Positions 6,787-14,873 of a stretch of 27,325 nucleotides of DNA are shown piece after piece; the first letter of the stretch is position 1, and the number at the start of each line of letters is the position of its first letter. The stretch is from the NCBI GenBank assembly GCA_964510075.1, contig CAZEAH010000001.1, positions 1-27,325 on the forward strand, in the 5' to 3' direction. This DNA comes from an uncultured Leptospirales bacterium. GTDB taxonomy: Bacteria > Spirochaetota > UBA4802 > UBA5368. The translations under genes were made by a program, and so were the position numbers. The notes below the pieces were generated by a model. The model did no database searches and was not told the DNA's origin. It worked only from the letters and a program-made list of their open reading frames with translations.

Positions 6787-9606
6787 ATGAAACCGGATAC
6801 GCTGTCCACAGCCGAAGACCTTTTCGCGTTCGCGCCTGAGGAGCCCGACGAAGCCGTTGTCCGCGGCGAGGAGGAGATACGAGCGCTGCTTGAAGCCGGG
6901 ATCGTGCCGGTCGGCCCGCGTTTCGAGCTGCGCGCCGAGTCCTGCGCTCTTAGGCTGGCGCACGCCAATAACAAGATACTTTCGCTCTCCAATTCCCGCA
7001 CGCGCATCCTTGCCCACCAGGTGGAGAGCACGCACCGTATCGTCAACAGCCTCAAGCAGCGCTTCATCATCGCCGACGAGGTCGGCCTCGGCAAGACGAT
7101 CGAGGCGGGGCTGGTCATCAAGGAACTGATCTACCGCCACGGCTATTCGAGGATACTCATCGTCGCCCCCGCGTCGCTTTTGCTCCAGTGGCAGCACGAG
7201 ATGGAGAACAAGTTCAACGAGCGTTTCGAGGTTCTCGACCGCCGCTTCATCAGGCGGGCGGAGTCCCTGGGTACAAGGGGTTCCAATCCCTGGCAGTCTT
7301 GCGGAAAGGCGATATGTTCGCTCGATTTCATCAAGAACAGGTCCTTCAGCGAGAGCCTGGCCTCGTGCCGCTGGGACGCCGTCGTATTCGACGAGGCTCA
7401 CCGCCTGCGGCGGGACTCGCAGCGCAGTACCCTCGCCTACGCGGTCGCCGAGGTGCTGTCGCGCAACACGCGTTCGCTTCTTCTACTAACCGCGACGCCG
7501 TTCCGCGGAAAGATCGAGGAGCTCTATTATCTGGTCCGGCTGGTCGATAAAAACCTTCTGGGGCCGTTCCAGACCTTCTACAACCGGTTCTGCACCGACA
7601 ATGCCGACCTCGCGGAGCTTCGCGACCGTCTTTCGTCGGTGCTCATCCGCCGGACGAAAAAGGAGGTCGGAGGGTTCACCCGGCGGTTCGCGCGGACGGT
7701 GCGTTTCGAGCTGTATCCGGAGGAGCGCGCGCTGTACGACGCGACGACACGTTATGTGGTCGAGGAGTTCAACAGGGCCGTGCAGACGGAGAACAGGGCG
7801 GTGGGATTTGTAATGACCGTTTTTCAGAAACTGCTCGATTCGTCATCGTTTGCGCTGCTTACGGCGCTCGCCAACAGGCGTGAGAACCTCTCGATCATGC
7901 TGGAGCGGGCCGAATCCGTCCCAGCGGCGGACGGGTTCGATCCCGACGACGCGGACATCGACGACGAGAACGCCGACGAATCGGTGGCCGCGCTGGCGCG
8001 CAAAAGCGCCGCGGAGATCAGAGAGGAGATCGCCACGCTCGACCGCCTTCTGGCGCTCGCGCGCTCCATAGAGCGCAATAAAAAAGGCGAAAAACTCGTC
8101 TCCCTCCTGCGCCAGCTCCGAAGGAAGGGGTGCGCGAAGTTCATCATATTCACCCAGTTTCGCACAACTCAAGAGTACCTTCGCGGCCTGCTCCGGGGGT
8201 TCGATGTGGTCCTGTTTCACGGCTCCATGGACAGGGAGGAGAAGGAGAAGGCGATCCTGGACTTCAAGGGCGACGCCGAGGTTCTCATCTGCACCGAGGC
8301 GGGCGGCGAGGGCCGCAACATGCAGTTCTGCAACATCCTCATCAACTACGACCTTCCGTGGTCGCCGCTCAAAATCGAACAGCGCATAGGCAGGATACAC
8401 AGGTTCGGCCAGCCCCACGACGTCTTCATCTACAACTTCTCCACCCGCGATACGGTCGCCGAGCGCGTACTGGAGGTGCTCGAGAAGAAGCTCCGGCTCT
8501 TCGAGGAGTCGATCGGGGTTCCCGATGTGCTGCTGGGCCAGATCGAGGACGAGCTCGCCCTTTCGAGCCTGTTTATGGAGATGGCTGCCGGAGGGAAGCC
8601 CCGCCGGAGAATCCTTGCGGAAATCGATGAACGGATCGAGAACGCGCGGCGCAGTTACGAAAAGCTCGCCGACCTCACCGTGGCGCGGAACCTGGACTTC
8701 AATTACGACGAATACTACTCCATAACCATGAAAGAGCGCCAGTTTTCAAACCGGCGTATCGAGCGCTTCGTCGAGCGGATGGCGCAGGAGGACGGTCTGG
8801 TCGGCGAGTACCTCGGAAGGAGGAACGCGCGGACAGGGCTGTACCGGATCAAGCGCCTGCACGGACGCCCCCCCGAGACTCCCTGCTACGGCAGTTTCGA
8901 CAGCAGGGTGGCGCTCGATAACGAGGGGATGGAATTTCTCGCTTTCGGCCACCACATAGTGGACACGCTTTTCGAGCACTGCGTTTCCGACGCTTTCGGC
9001 GGGAAGACGGGAGTGAAGCTCATACGATCCGCGGTGCCGTACAGGGGTATGGTCTTCTGTTATCTGGTCTCCTGCAGCGCGCTTTCGAATACGCAGGAGT
9101 TTTTGGTTGTCGCGGCCGATGGAACCGAAAGGGACGAGGGCGAGCTCGAGGAGGTGGAGAGGGAGTTTGTCGAGCAGGAAGGTGCCGCTGCCGCCGGTGA
9201 TGAACTGGAAGGCCTGGTCCGCACCGTCCTTTCCGGTCTGGATCGGTGTTTCGAGGAGGCACGGCGCAGAGTGCGTGAAAAGGTGGAGAAAAGGCTTGGC
9301 GAACTGCGCGAGACGTTTGAACTTTCAATCGATCCGGAGATCGAAAAGATAACCGAGGCTTCCGAAAGCCGAATCAAGGAACTTTCCGAGCAGCTCGAAC
9401 GCCAGGAATGCAGGCAGAAGTGGTACGGAAAGGATATGCGCAGCGCGCTCACGCGCACGAAAAATGAGATCGCACAGGTCGAGCTGGAACGTGAACGACT
9501 GCTTGCTGCATACCGCCGTTCCGGCGAGGCCAGACCGCAGATACGGCTCGTATGCGCCGGGGTGCTGATCGCCCTTCCGGCAAAGCTCAGCCCAGATGTT
9601 TTTTGA
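6787..9606 (+). CDS. SNF2/RapA(HepA)-like SF2 ATPase with C-terminal coiled-coil region (939 aa; GTG 6775 is an alternative start)
   Basis: IIADEVGLGKTIEAG (motif I), DEAH (II), TATP (III), TEAGGEGRNMQ (V), YDLPW, QRIGRIHRFGQ (VI). Confidence 0.9.
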   Translation: MKPDTLSTAEDLFAFAPEEPDEAVVRGEEEIRALLEAGIVPVGPRFELRAESCALRLAHANNKILSLSNSRTRILAHQVESTHRIVNSLKQRFIIADEVGLGKTIEAGLVIKELIYRHGYSRILIVAPASLLLQWQHEMENKFNERFEVLDRRFIRRAESLGTRGSNPWQSCGKAICSLDFIKNRSFSESLASCRWDAVVFDEAHRLRRDSQRSTLAYAVAEVLSRNTRSLLLLTATPFRGKIEELYYLVRLVDKNLLGPFQTFYNRFCTDNADLAELRDRLSSVLIRRTKKEVGGFTRRFARTVRFELYPEERALYDATTRYVVEEFNRAVQTENRAVGFVMTVFQKLLDSSSFALLTALANRRENLSIMLERAESVPAADGFDPDDADIDDENADESVAALARKSAAEIREEIATLDRLLALARSIERNKKGEKLVSLLRQLRRKGCAKFIIFTQFRTTQEYLRGLLRGFDVVLFHGSMDREEKEKAILDFKGDAEVLICTEAGGEGRNMQFCNILINYDLPWSPLKIEQRIGRIHRFGQPHDVFIYNFSTRDTVAERVLEVLEKKLRLFEESIGVPDVLLGQIEDELALSSLFMEMAAGGKPRRRILAEIDERIENARRSYEKLADLTVARNLDFNYDEYYSITMKERQFSNRRIERFVERMAQEDGLVGEYLGRRNARTGLYRIKRLHGRPPETPCYGSFDSRVALDNEGMEFLAFGHHIVDTLFEHCVSDAFGGKTGVKLIRSAVPYRGMVFCYLVSCSALSNTQEFLVVAADGTERDEGELEEVEREFVEQEGAAAAGDELEGLVRTVLSGLDRCFEEARRRVREKVEKRLGELRETFELSIDPEIEKITEASESRIKELSEQLERQECRQKWYGKDMRSALTRTKNEIAQVELERERLLAAYRRSGEARPQIRLVCAGVLIALPAKLSPDVF

Positions 9607-9901
9607 AGGCCACGAGGGCCTTTTCCGGGACGTCGACGAATTCGATTCCCATGCCGGCCTTGCTGTCTTCCGATTCCTGCTCGCGCTTCCAGCGAATAAC
9701 GCCCTTCAGGCTGACGGGTTCTTCGCCGGGGACATACAGGGCGAGTTCTACAGGGGACCCCTCTTCCATGGGTTCAGGGGTGGTGATGAAAAGCCCGCCG
9801 CTGCTCAGGTCGAATGTCGCGCTGAGCGTAAGGCCCTGGTCGGAATGGACCTCCGATTTGATCCGCTTTTTTACCCTGAGGTGTTTCCTTTTTTCTTCCA
9901 T
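9587..9901 (-). CDS. Single-domain PilZ c-di-GMP receptor (104 aa)
   Basis: RxxxR (RKHLR) and DxSxxG (DLSSGG) motifs are intact; C-terminal GMGIEF. GGGGAAG SD-like element upstream. Confidence 0.88.
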   Translation of the reverse strand: MEEKRKHLRVKKRIKSEVHSDQGLTLSATFDLSSGGLFITTPEPMEEGSPVELALYVPGEEPVSLKGVIRWKREQESEDSKAGMGIEFVDVPEKALVAFKKHLG

Positions 9902-10007
9902 GATCACTTCCCCGATAACGAGTGTAACGCACGCTCCGCCATGACCGCCTGGCAGGTGAAACCGGGGGAACGGCATTCCCCCCGGCTCCTCGATTCTCTT
10001 TTCCTTT

Positions 10008-10035
10008 ACTATATACATATTGACAAATAATACAA
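10008..10035 (-). promoter_or_regulatory. Candidate sigma70 promoter for the PilZ gene within an AT-rich divergent promoter region
   Basis: Minus strand TTGTAT-N16-TATAGT. A plus-strand TTGACA at 10020-10025 may serve the divergent gene, but no good -10 was found for it. Confidence 0.4.
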
Positions 10036-10109
10036 TAATTTTTTTACTTCGTATCATGCGGCGGGTACAACGCGTACGAGCATTACAGGCCTGAACGACA
10101 GCGCGGACA

Positions 10110-10703
10110 ATGAACGACAGATCTCTCCCAATACTGTATCTCCAGAAGCAGGTGGTGTTTCCGTACTGTAACGTCTCCTTCAGGTCGACCAGCCGCACCC
10201 TCTCCGGGATCGGCCAGGGGGACAGGGTGGTGGCGCTTCCGGTTCGCACCGTGCTTGACGGCCTGTTCCCCCGCGGAAGACTGGCGACCCTTTCGGAGGT
10301 GGTTGAAATACAGCGGGAGGATGACGCCTGGAATGTTCAGCTTAAGGGCGTCTCGAGGGTGTTAATCCGGCGTGTCATCAAGTTCAGCGCGGTCGAATAC
10401 GATGCGATCGACGAGACCGAGCGTGCCGGCCAGGAGCGGCTGCGCGAGGACCTGCGCAAAAAGTCACAGGAACTTATATTCCTTATAAACGTCAACGAGT
10501 CGGACAAGCTCATCCATCTGCTCAATTTCCTGGTGAACCTTCCGCAGCTTTCAGATTTCGTGTCGAATTATTTCATTTTGAAATTTCCGCGCAGGTATGA
10601 GATATTCACCGAAAGGGACGTTGAACTGCGCGCGCGAAAACTGCTCGTTGTGCTCGACGAGCTGATCGCGGACCTGAAGGTGAAGAGGGAAAGGGAGCGG
10701 TAA
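10110..10703 (+). CDS. Stand-alone Lon protease N-terminal (substrate-binding) domain protein (197 aa)
   Basis: LPILYLQKQVVFP start, LATLSEVVEI...VQLKGVSRV, helical end (QLSDFVSNY...TERDVELRARKLL). No AAA+ or protease domain. Confidence 0.75.
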   Translation: MNDRSLPILYLQKQVVFPYCNVSFRSTSRTLSGIGQGDRVVALPVRTVLDGLFPRGRLATLSEVVEIQREDDAWNVQLKGVSRVLIRRVIKFSAVEYDAIDETERAGQERLREDLRKKSQELIFLINVNESDKLIHLLNFLVNLPQLSDFVSNYFILKFPRRYEIFTERDVELRARKLLVVLDELIADLKVKRERER

Positions 10704-11167
10704 TGAAGAAAAGCGTGGTAAACGACGACGTTTTCTACACCATCGCCTGGTCGCGCCTTATCGCGTACGAGAAGCATTCGGCCTCGCGGATCCTGCCCGA
10801 AATGCCGGGCATACTCTGCCTTCTTGAACGCCGTCCGCGCGGCGCCATGAAATATCTGATTTTCTACGGGTGCTGGCGCGACGGGCTGAGGATGGCCCTT
10901 AAAAATTTCCTTGATCCTGACTTCACTAAATTCCCTGCCATAAACGCGGGGCTCAAGGGGCGCAGCCTTTTCTACAAATACTCCGTGGTCGATACCAGTA
11001 TGCAGGACATGCAGGACATCATGTTCTGGCTTATCCGGACCTACAGGCCGGAATTCAACGCGCTCGAGGGATTCGAGGACTCCAGGCGGTATAAAAACAT
11101 ATCGATTAGAGAGATGGATCTGGGGGAGGACAGCGTGATCGAGCGTCTTCCGAAAACCGGGCTGTAA
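10703..11167 (+). CDS. Hypothetical protein with degenerate GIY-YIG/UvrC-N-like pattern (154 aa)
   Basis: Start overlaps the upstream stop (TAATG). The motifs LPEMPGIL, IFYG..DGLR and LIRTYRPEFN resemble the GIY-YIG fold. The CDS is well supported; the fold call is tentative. Confidence 0.65.
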   Translation: MKKSVVNDDVFYTIAWSRLIAYEKHSASRILPEMPGILCLLERRPRGAMKYLIFYGCWRDGLRMALKNFLDPDFTKFPAINAGLKGRSLFYKYSVVDTSMQDMQDIMFWLIRTYRPEFNALEGFEDSRRYKNISIREMDLGEDSVIERLPKTGL

Positions 11168-11176
11168 GCCGCCTGC

Positions 11177-11824
11177 CTACTTCCGCTCGGGCGCGAGCCT
11201 GAGATCCTCCGCGGTGTATATGTGGGAGACGTTCCGGTTGAGCGCTATGAATTCCAGCACGTATTTCAGCCGGCATGCCGCGTCGAGCGGGGAGGCGACG
11301 CTGTTATCGGTTCGGGGCGACGCCTGCATGATTCGTTTGACGTTCATGCTCCTGGCGTCGGGATCCGGCTCGAAAACGTCCGCGCGAAAGCGCAGGTAGG
11401 TTTCATAAATAGAGCGGATTATCGCGTCGGAACGGATGAGCCAGGCGATGTGCAGGTTGGAGTCGGAATCGTGCATGTTCCGTGTGAAGTATTTGAGTAT
11501 CCGCAGAACGATTTCCGGGTAGAGGTGCTCGTTGACGAGGTCGATCACTCTGGCCTCAAGCTCCGGGTCTATCATCCGCATCGAGGGGTAGGCGAGGCTC
11601 GGGATGTGGGCGATGCCGGTCCTGGCCTTGAACGCCGCGTAATCGAGAAACCGGTCCAGCGAATCCTTTCGCATGATGTCGGTGTCGCGGTAGGTGTCCT
11701 CAAGAAGGACGGACGCGACCGCCTCGAGGTCGCGTTCTTTCAGAAGGTTCTCGATGTTGATCGACCGGCTGGCCTCCAGCGCCGCCGTCAATTCCGCCAC
11801 GCTTCCGTTGAGATACTCACCCAT
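11177..11824 (-). CDS. Hypothetical protein, predicted helical (215 aa)
   Basis: Protein-like composition from ATG 11824, 19 nt after the upstream stop. The longer ORF call overlaps the upstream gene. No family recognised. Confidence 0.7.
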   Translation of the reverse strand: MGEYLNGSVAELTAALEASRSINIENLLKERDLEAVASVLLEDTYRDTDIMRKDSLDRFLDYAAFKARTGIAHIPSLAYPSMRMIDPELEARVIDLVNEHLYPEIVLRILKYFTRNMHDSDSNLHIAWLIRSDAIIRSIYETYLRFRADVFEPDPDARSMNVKRIMQASPRTDNSVASPLDAACRLKYVLEFIALNRNVSHIYTAEDLRLAPERK

Positions 11825-11843
11825 CGTTTGAAAGCCTGTTGAA

Positions 11844-12722
11844 TCAAAAATTCCGGCGGGCGGCAAGCCGTACCGAACGGTGGAAGGGCTCCCTGCTGTT
11901 GTATTCGTACACATTGCGGACCGAGGATACCAGGGAGTACTGGTATACCGTGAATTCCGCGAAGCCGAATACCGCCATCCTGAATTTATTATCGTCCCGC
12001 CACGCATCGTAGATTAGATAGATAAAGGCGGAGTTGGTCAAAAGGGCGAGGAGGCCTTCCAGGTACCTTCCGGTGTAGAAATGCCCGAAGCCCGGAATGA
12101 GGACCGATCCCCCCACCGAAAGAGCCAGGCTTTTGCGCGGACGGTTGATCTCCTCATCGATGAGACGTTCGAGTTCACGCGCCCGGTCCGCGTATGCGCC
12201 GCCGGGGAACGATGCGTTGTGCGCTTCGAGGGCCGTCCTGGCCCCCTCGAAATCCGACTGCAGCGCCAGTGCGAAACAGGCGTCGATTCCCGCCTCTTCC
12301 CGGTGGAGCCCTTCGGGATACACGGAGAGGTATTCCTGATAGGTGCGCAGAGCGAAGAACGGCGAGCCGGTCATAAGGCGGATGTACCCAAGGGAGAGAA
12401 GGGCCTTCTGCGCCTCGGGCTTCTCGCGGTATGTCCGGTAGCAGTGCGAAAAGGCTTCGGCGGCCTCGTAGTAGTTTCCCCCACGGTAATAGGCCTCTCC
12501 CGTAAGCAGGAGCGAAACGGGAACCAGTGCTCCGTCAGGGTACAGGTGGCGGTACCGCATCCCTTCGGTGACGGTCGAGTAGTAATCGCCGCCGGCCAGG
12601 TTCGTTTTCATGAGAGAAATGATGTCTTCCCCCGCGGCGAGGACCGGACACGGCCGCAGCGAGATGAGCAACGCGATCGCCATTGCCGTTGCGCCGATAA
12701 TGCCTGTGGTGCGGAGCTTCAC
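11844..12722 (-). CDS. Signal peptide + BamD/CpoB-like TPR region + C-terminal membrane domain (292 aa)
   Basis: Hydrophobic N-terminus. TPR pairs (LLLTGEAYYRGGNYYEAAEAF, YQEYLSVYPEG). C-terminal SVLIPGFGHFYTGRY followed by hydrophobic helices. Confidence 0.75.
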   Translation of the reverse strand: MKLRTTGIIGATAMAIALLISLRPCPVLAAGEDIISLMKTNLAGGDYYSTVTEGMRYRHLYPDGALVPVSLLLTGEAYYRGGNYYEAAEAFSHCYRTYREKPEAQKALLSLGYIRLMTGSPFFALRTYQEYLSVYPEGLHREEAGIDACFALALQSDFEGARTALEAHNASFPGGAYADRARELERLIDEEINRPRKSLALSVGGSVLIPGFGHFYTGRYLEGLLALLTNSAFIYLIYDAWRDDNKFRMAVFGFAEFTVYQYSLVSSVRNVYEYNSREPFHRSVRLAARRNF

Positions 12723-12731
12723 GGACGCGCC

Positions 12732-13643
12732 CTATCGCACCGGCTCAGGAAGTATGCCGTCCGCATAGGGCCGGTAGTCGGGCACCGAGTGCACTATGCC
12801 CGCGCCGAACCGTTCGGTCTGCGCGCGGTTGAATTCGCCCGCGGCGTTCCATGCCCCGTAGATGCTGCCGCCGTACGCCAGGACGGCGAAAAAACCGAGC
12901 GTAAAGGCGACATTGCGATGCCCCTCCCTCCATGCGAGCGCCGTGCCCGCACCCAGGGCAAGTACGGTCGTTATGCTCCAGAGACCGTCGGCGAATCTTC
13001 CGGCATAGGTCTGGCCGGCCCCGGGGAGTGCGGCGGAGAGCGCGGCGGCAAGCGGTTTCGACCGCGACGGAAGAGCGTCGTAGGCCGAGAGCCGGTCCCG
13101 CAGTGTCGGCAGAACGGAATGCGGATAGAGCTCGGATCCCTCACGGGCCATTCGGAAGGCGGGGGCGAATTCGCCGGCCAGAACGCGTATTTCCACGGAG
13201 CGTATGTAGAATTCCTCGCCGGCCGGGCCATCGGGCCAGGGGGCGGCGTTTTCCAGCGCGCGCACCGCCTCCGCGTACGCGCCGAGACGGGAGAGCGCCC
13301 GGGAGTACAGCAGAAGCGAACCATGGTCGAGGCCGGTAAGCGCCGGCCTGAGGTTTTGCACTACCGTCCGGTACTGCCCGGCGCGGTAGTAGTTGACGTT
13401 GATGAAATGCTCGAGCTCGCGCTTGCGATCGGCCGGCAGAAACGCCATGAGCCTCCTGGTTTCGGCGATGCACTCGAAATGGCGCCCCTCGGCGTACAGT
13501 GTGCGGATGAACGCCGACTGCATCTTAAGGAAATCCTCTCCCGCGGCGAATAGCGTTCCGGGCGTCGCGACCGCCAGCAAAAGAGCGGCGAGCAGCCGCG
13601 TCGCGGGCGGAAATACGGCAATTCCCGTTATGCGTGTTCGCAC
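12732..13643 (-). CDS. Signal peptide + TPR region + C-terminal membrane domain, paralogue of the downstream gene (303 aa)
   Basis: GTG start 7 nt after GGGGAG. TPR-like helices. C-terminal SAALPGAGQTYAGRF followed by hydrophobic helices. Confidence 0.75.
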   Translation of the reverse strand: MRTRITGIAVFPPATRLLAALLLAVATPGTLFAAGEDFLKMQSAFIRTLYAEGRHFECIAETRRLMAFLPADRKRELEHFINVNYYRAGQYRTVVQNLRPALTGLDHGSLLLYSRALSRLGAYAEAVRALENAAPWPDGPAGEEFYIRSVEIRVLAGEFAPAFRMAREGSELYPHSVLPTLRDRLSAYDALPSRSKPLAAALSAALPGAGQTYAGRFADGLWSITTVLALGAGTALAWREGHRNVAFTLGFFAVLAYGGSIYGAWNAAGEFNRAQTERFGAGIVHSVPDYRPYADGILPEPVR

Positions 13644-13646
13644 CCG

Positions 13647-14048
13647 TCATCTCCCCAGGACTTCCGGCGGCAGAGGATCCTCCCCGGGCGGGGAATAGGG
13701 ATTGCACCTCAGTACACGGTCTCCCGCAAGGAGGGAACCCGCGAACAGGCCGAAGCGTTCGACCGCCGCCGCGGCATAGGCGCTGCACGTGGGATGAAAA
13801 CGGCAGTTGGGGCCGTCCTGCGGCGAAACCACCACCTGGAAGAATCGGATGAGCAGGTGTCCAGCCGCCTGGGGCGCTCCGTATGCCGCGTGTCTGCGGG
13901 CACGCCTCGAACGCTCGGAAGGGATCAGCTCGTCGCCGACTTTAACGTCCGAATTCCATGGTATGAAGGAATCCTCCGCGGCGAGCTCTCGTGTGGAGAG
14001 TATGAGGAGAAAAAGGGCGATGCACGATGCCAGCCGTTTCATGCTCAT
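13647..14048 (-). CDS. YidD-like (membrane protein insertion efficiency factor / DUF37) protein with N-terminal signal-peptide extension (133 aa)
   Basis: LIRFFQVVVSP..GPNCRFHPTCSAYAAAAVERFG...DRVLRCNP is the YidD signature with all 3 Cys. It is not in the rpmH-rnpA-yidC locus, so no gene symbol is assigned. Confidence 0.85.
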   Translation of the reverse strand: MSMKRLASCIALFLLILSTRELAAEDSFIPWNSDVKVGDELIPSERSRRARRHAAYGAPQAAGHLLIRFFQVVVSPQDGPNCRFHPTCSAYAAAAVERFGLFAGSLLAGDRVLRCNPYSPPGEDPLPPEVLGR

Positions 14049-14064
14049 TTCGCGGATCGTTCTT

Positions 14065-14688
14065 TCAGGTGTAATAGCGCTTCTGCTCGCGCACGGTCGA
14101 CACGGGGAACCTGCCGTAATTGTGCCCGGGCCAGATCTTCGTGTCGTCGGGCAGGCGGAGTATGATGTTGATGATCGAGTTCATGATCGCGGTCTGTGAC
14201 CCGCCGGGCATGTCGGTGCGCCCCATGCCTTCGGTGAACAGCGTGTCGCCGGTGAACAGATTGCCGCCTGCAAGCACACAGATGCTTCCGGGGGTGTGCC
14301 CCGGCGTATGGATGATGTCAAGGCTCTGCCGGCCGAGGGGAATGGTCTCTCCGCCGCGCAGAAGCATGACCGGTTCGGGAGAGACCCTTCCGCCCAGTGT
14401 GAGCGAGAGCACGCGGTTGGGGATGCTGCGCGCGTGTTCCGCGTCTGCCTCGTGGATGAGGAGGGTGGCGCCGGTCTTCTTTACCACACGGGCGTTTCCC
14501 GACGTATGGTCCCAGTGGCCGTGCGTGTTTATCACATAGCGCACCGTAGCGCCGTGGCGCTCGACGGCCCCGAATATCTCGCCGAAATCACCGGCGGGAT
14601 CGATGAGCGCGGCCTCGCGCGTCTCCTCGTCGCAGAGGAGGTAACAGAACACGGACATCCATGTGACTTCGATCTGTTCGATGATCAT
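14065..14688 (-). CDS. MBL-fold metallo-hydrolase, glyoxalase II/YcbL-like (207 aa)
   Basis: THGHWDH (HxHxDH), HTPGHTPG, FTGDTLF, WPGH. GGAG SD before ATG 14688. Confidence 0.92.
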   Translation of the reverse strand: MIIEQIEVTWMSVFCYLLCDEETREAALIDPAGDFGEIFGAVERHGATVRYVINTHGHWDHTSGNARVVKKTGATLLIHEADAEHARSIPNRVLSLTLGGRVSPEPVMLLRGGETIPLGRQSLDIIHTPGHTPGSICVLAGGNLFTGDTLFTEGMGRTDMPGGSQTAIMNSIINIILRLPDDTKIWPGHNYGRFPVSTVREQKRYYT

Positions 14689-14758
14689 AGGGTATACTCC
14701 GGTGCGGAGCGGGCCGTCTTCCGGTGACGCGTGCGGGCCGCGGCCGGACCGGAACGAC

Positions 14759-14788
14759 GTTGTACCAGCTTCCGCGGGGTTTTGGCAA
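14759..14788 (-). promoter_or_regulatory. Candidate sigma70 promoter for the MBL-yidD-TPR operon
   Basis: Minus strand TTGCCA-N18-TACAAC with a TGn extended -10 (TGG). Confidence 0.5.
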
Positions 14789-14800
14789 GATAAAAAACGA

Positions 14801-14829
14801 TTGCATTTATCGATTGCCGGAAATATCGT
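14801..14829 (+). promoter_or_regulatory. Candidate sigma70 promoter for the PP2C-like gene
   Basis: TTGCAT-N17-TATCGT, back-to-back with the leftward promoter. Confidence 0.55.
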
Positions 14830-14873
14830 TTTGACCGACCGCATTCAACAGCGGAGGGATAACTGCATAACGA

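Noticed and set aside
6787-9606. SNF2 ATPase as part of an antiphage system (e.g. DISARM DrmD)
   Set aside because: No methyltransferase, nuclease, DUF1998 or PLD partners are adjacent; the context and composition are housekeeping-like.
9902-10007. c-di-GMP riboswitch upstream of the PilZ gene
   Set aside because: Lacks the class I GCAAAC...GAAA...GACGCAAA pattern, and no class II features were recognised.
12081-13553. 490-aa plus-strand ORF
   Set aside because: Antisense to the two TPR genes, Arg/Gly/Pro-rich, no motifs.
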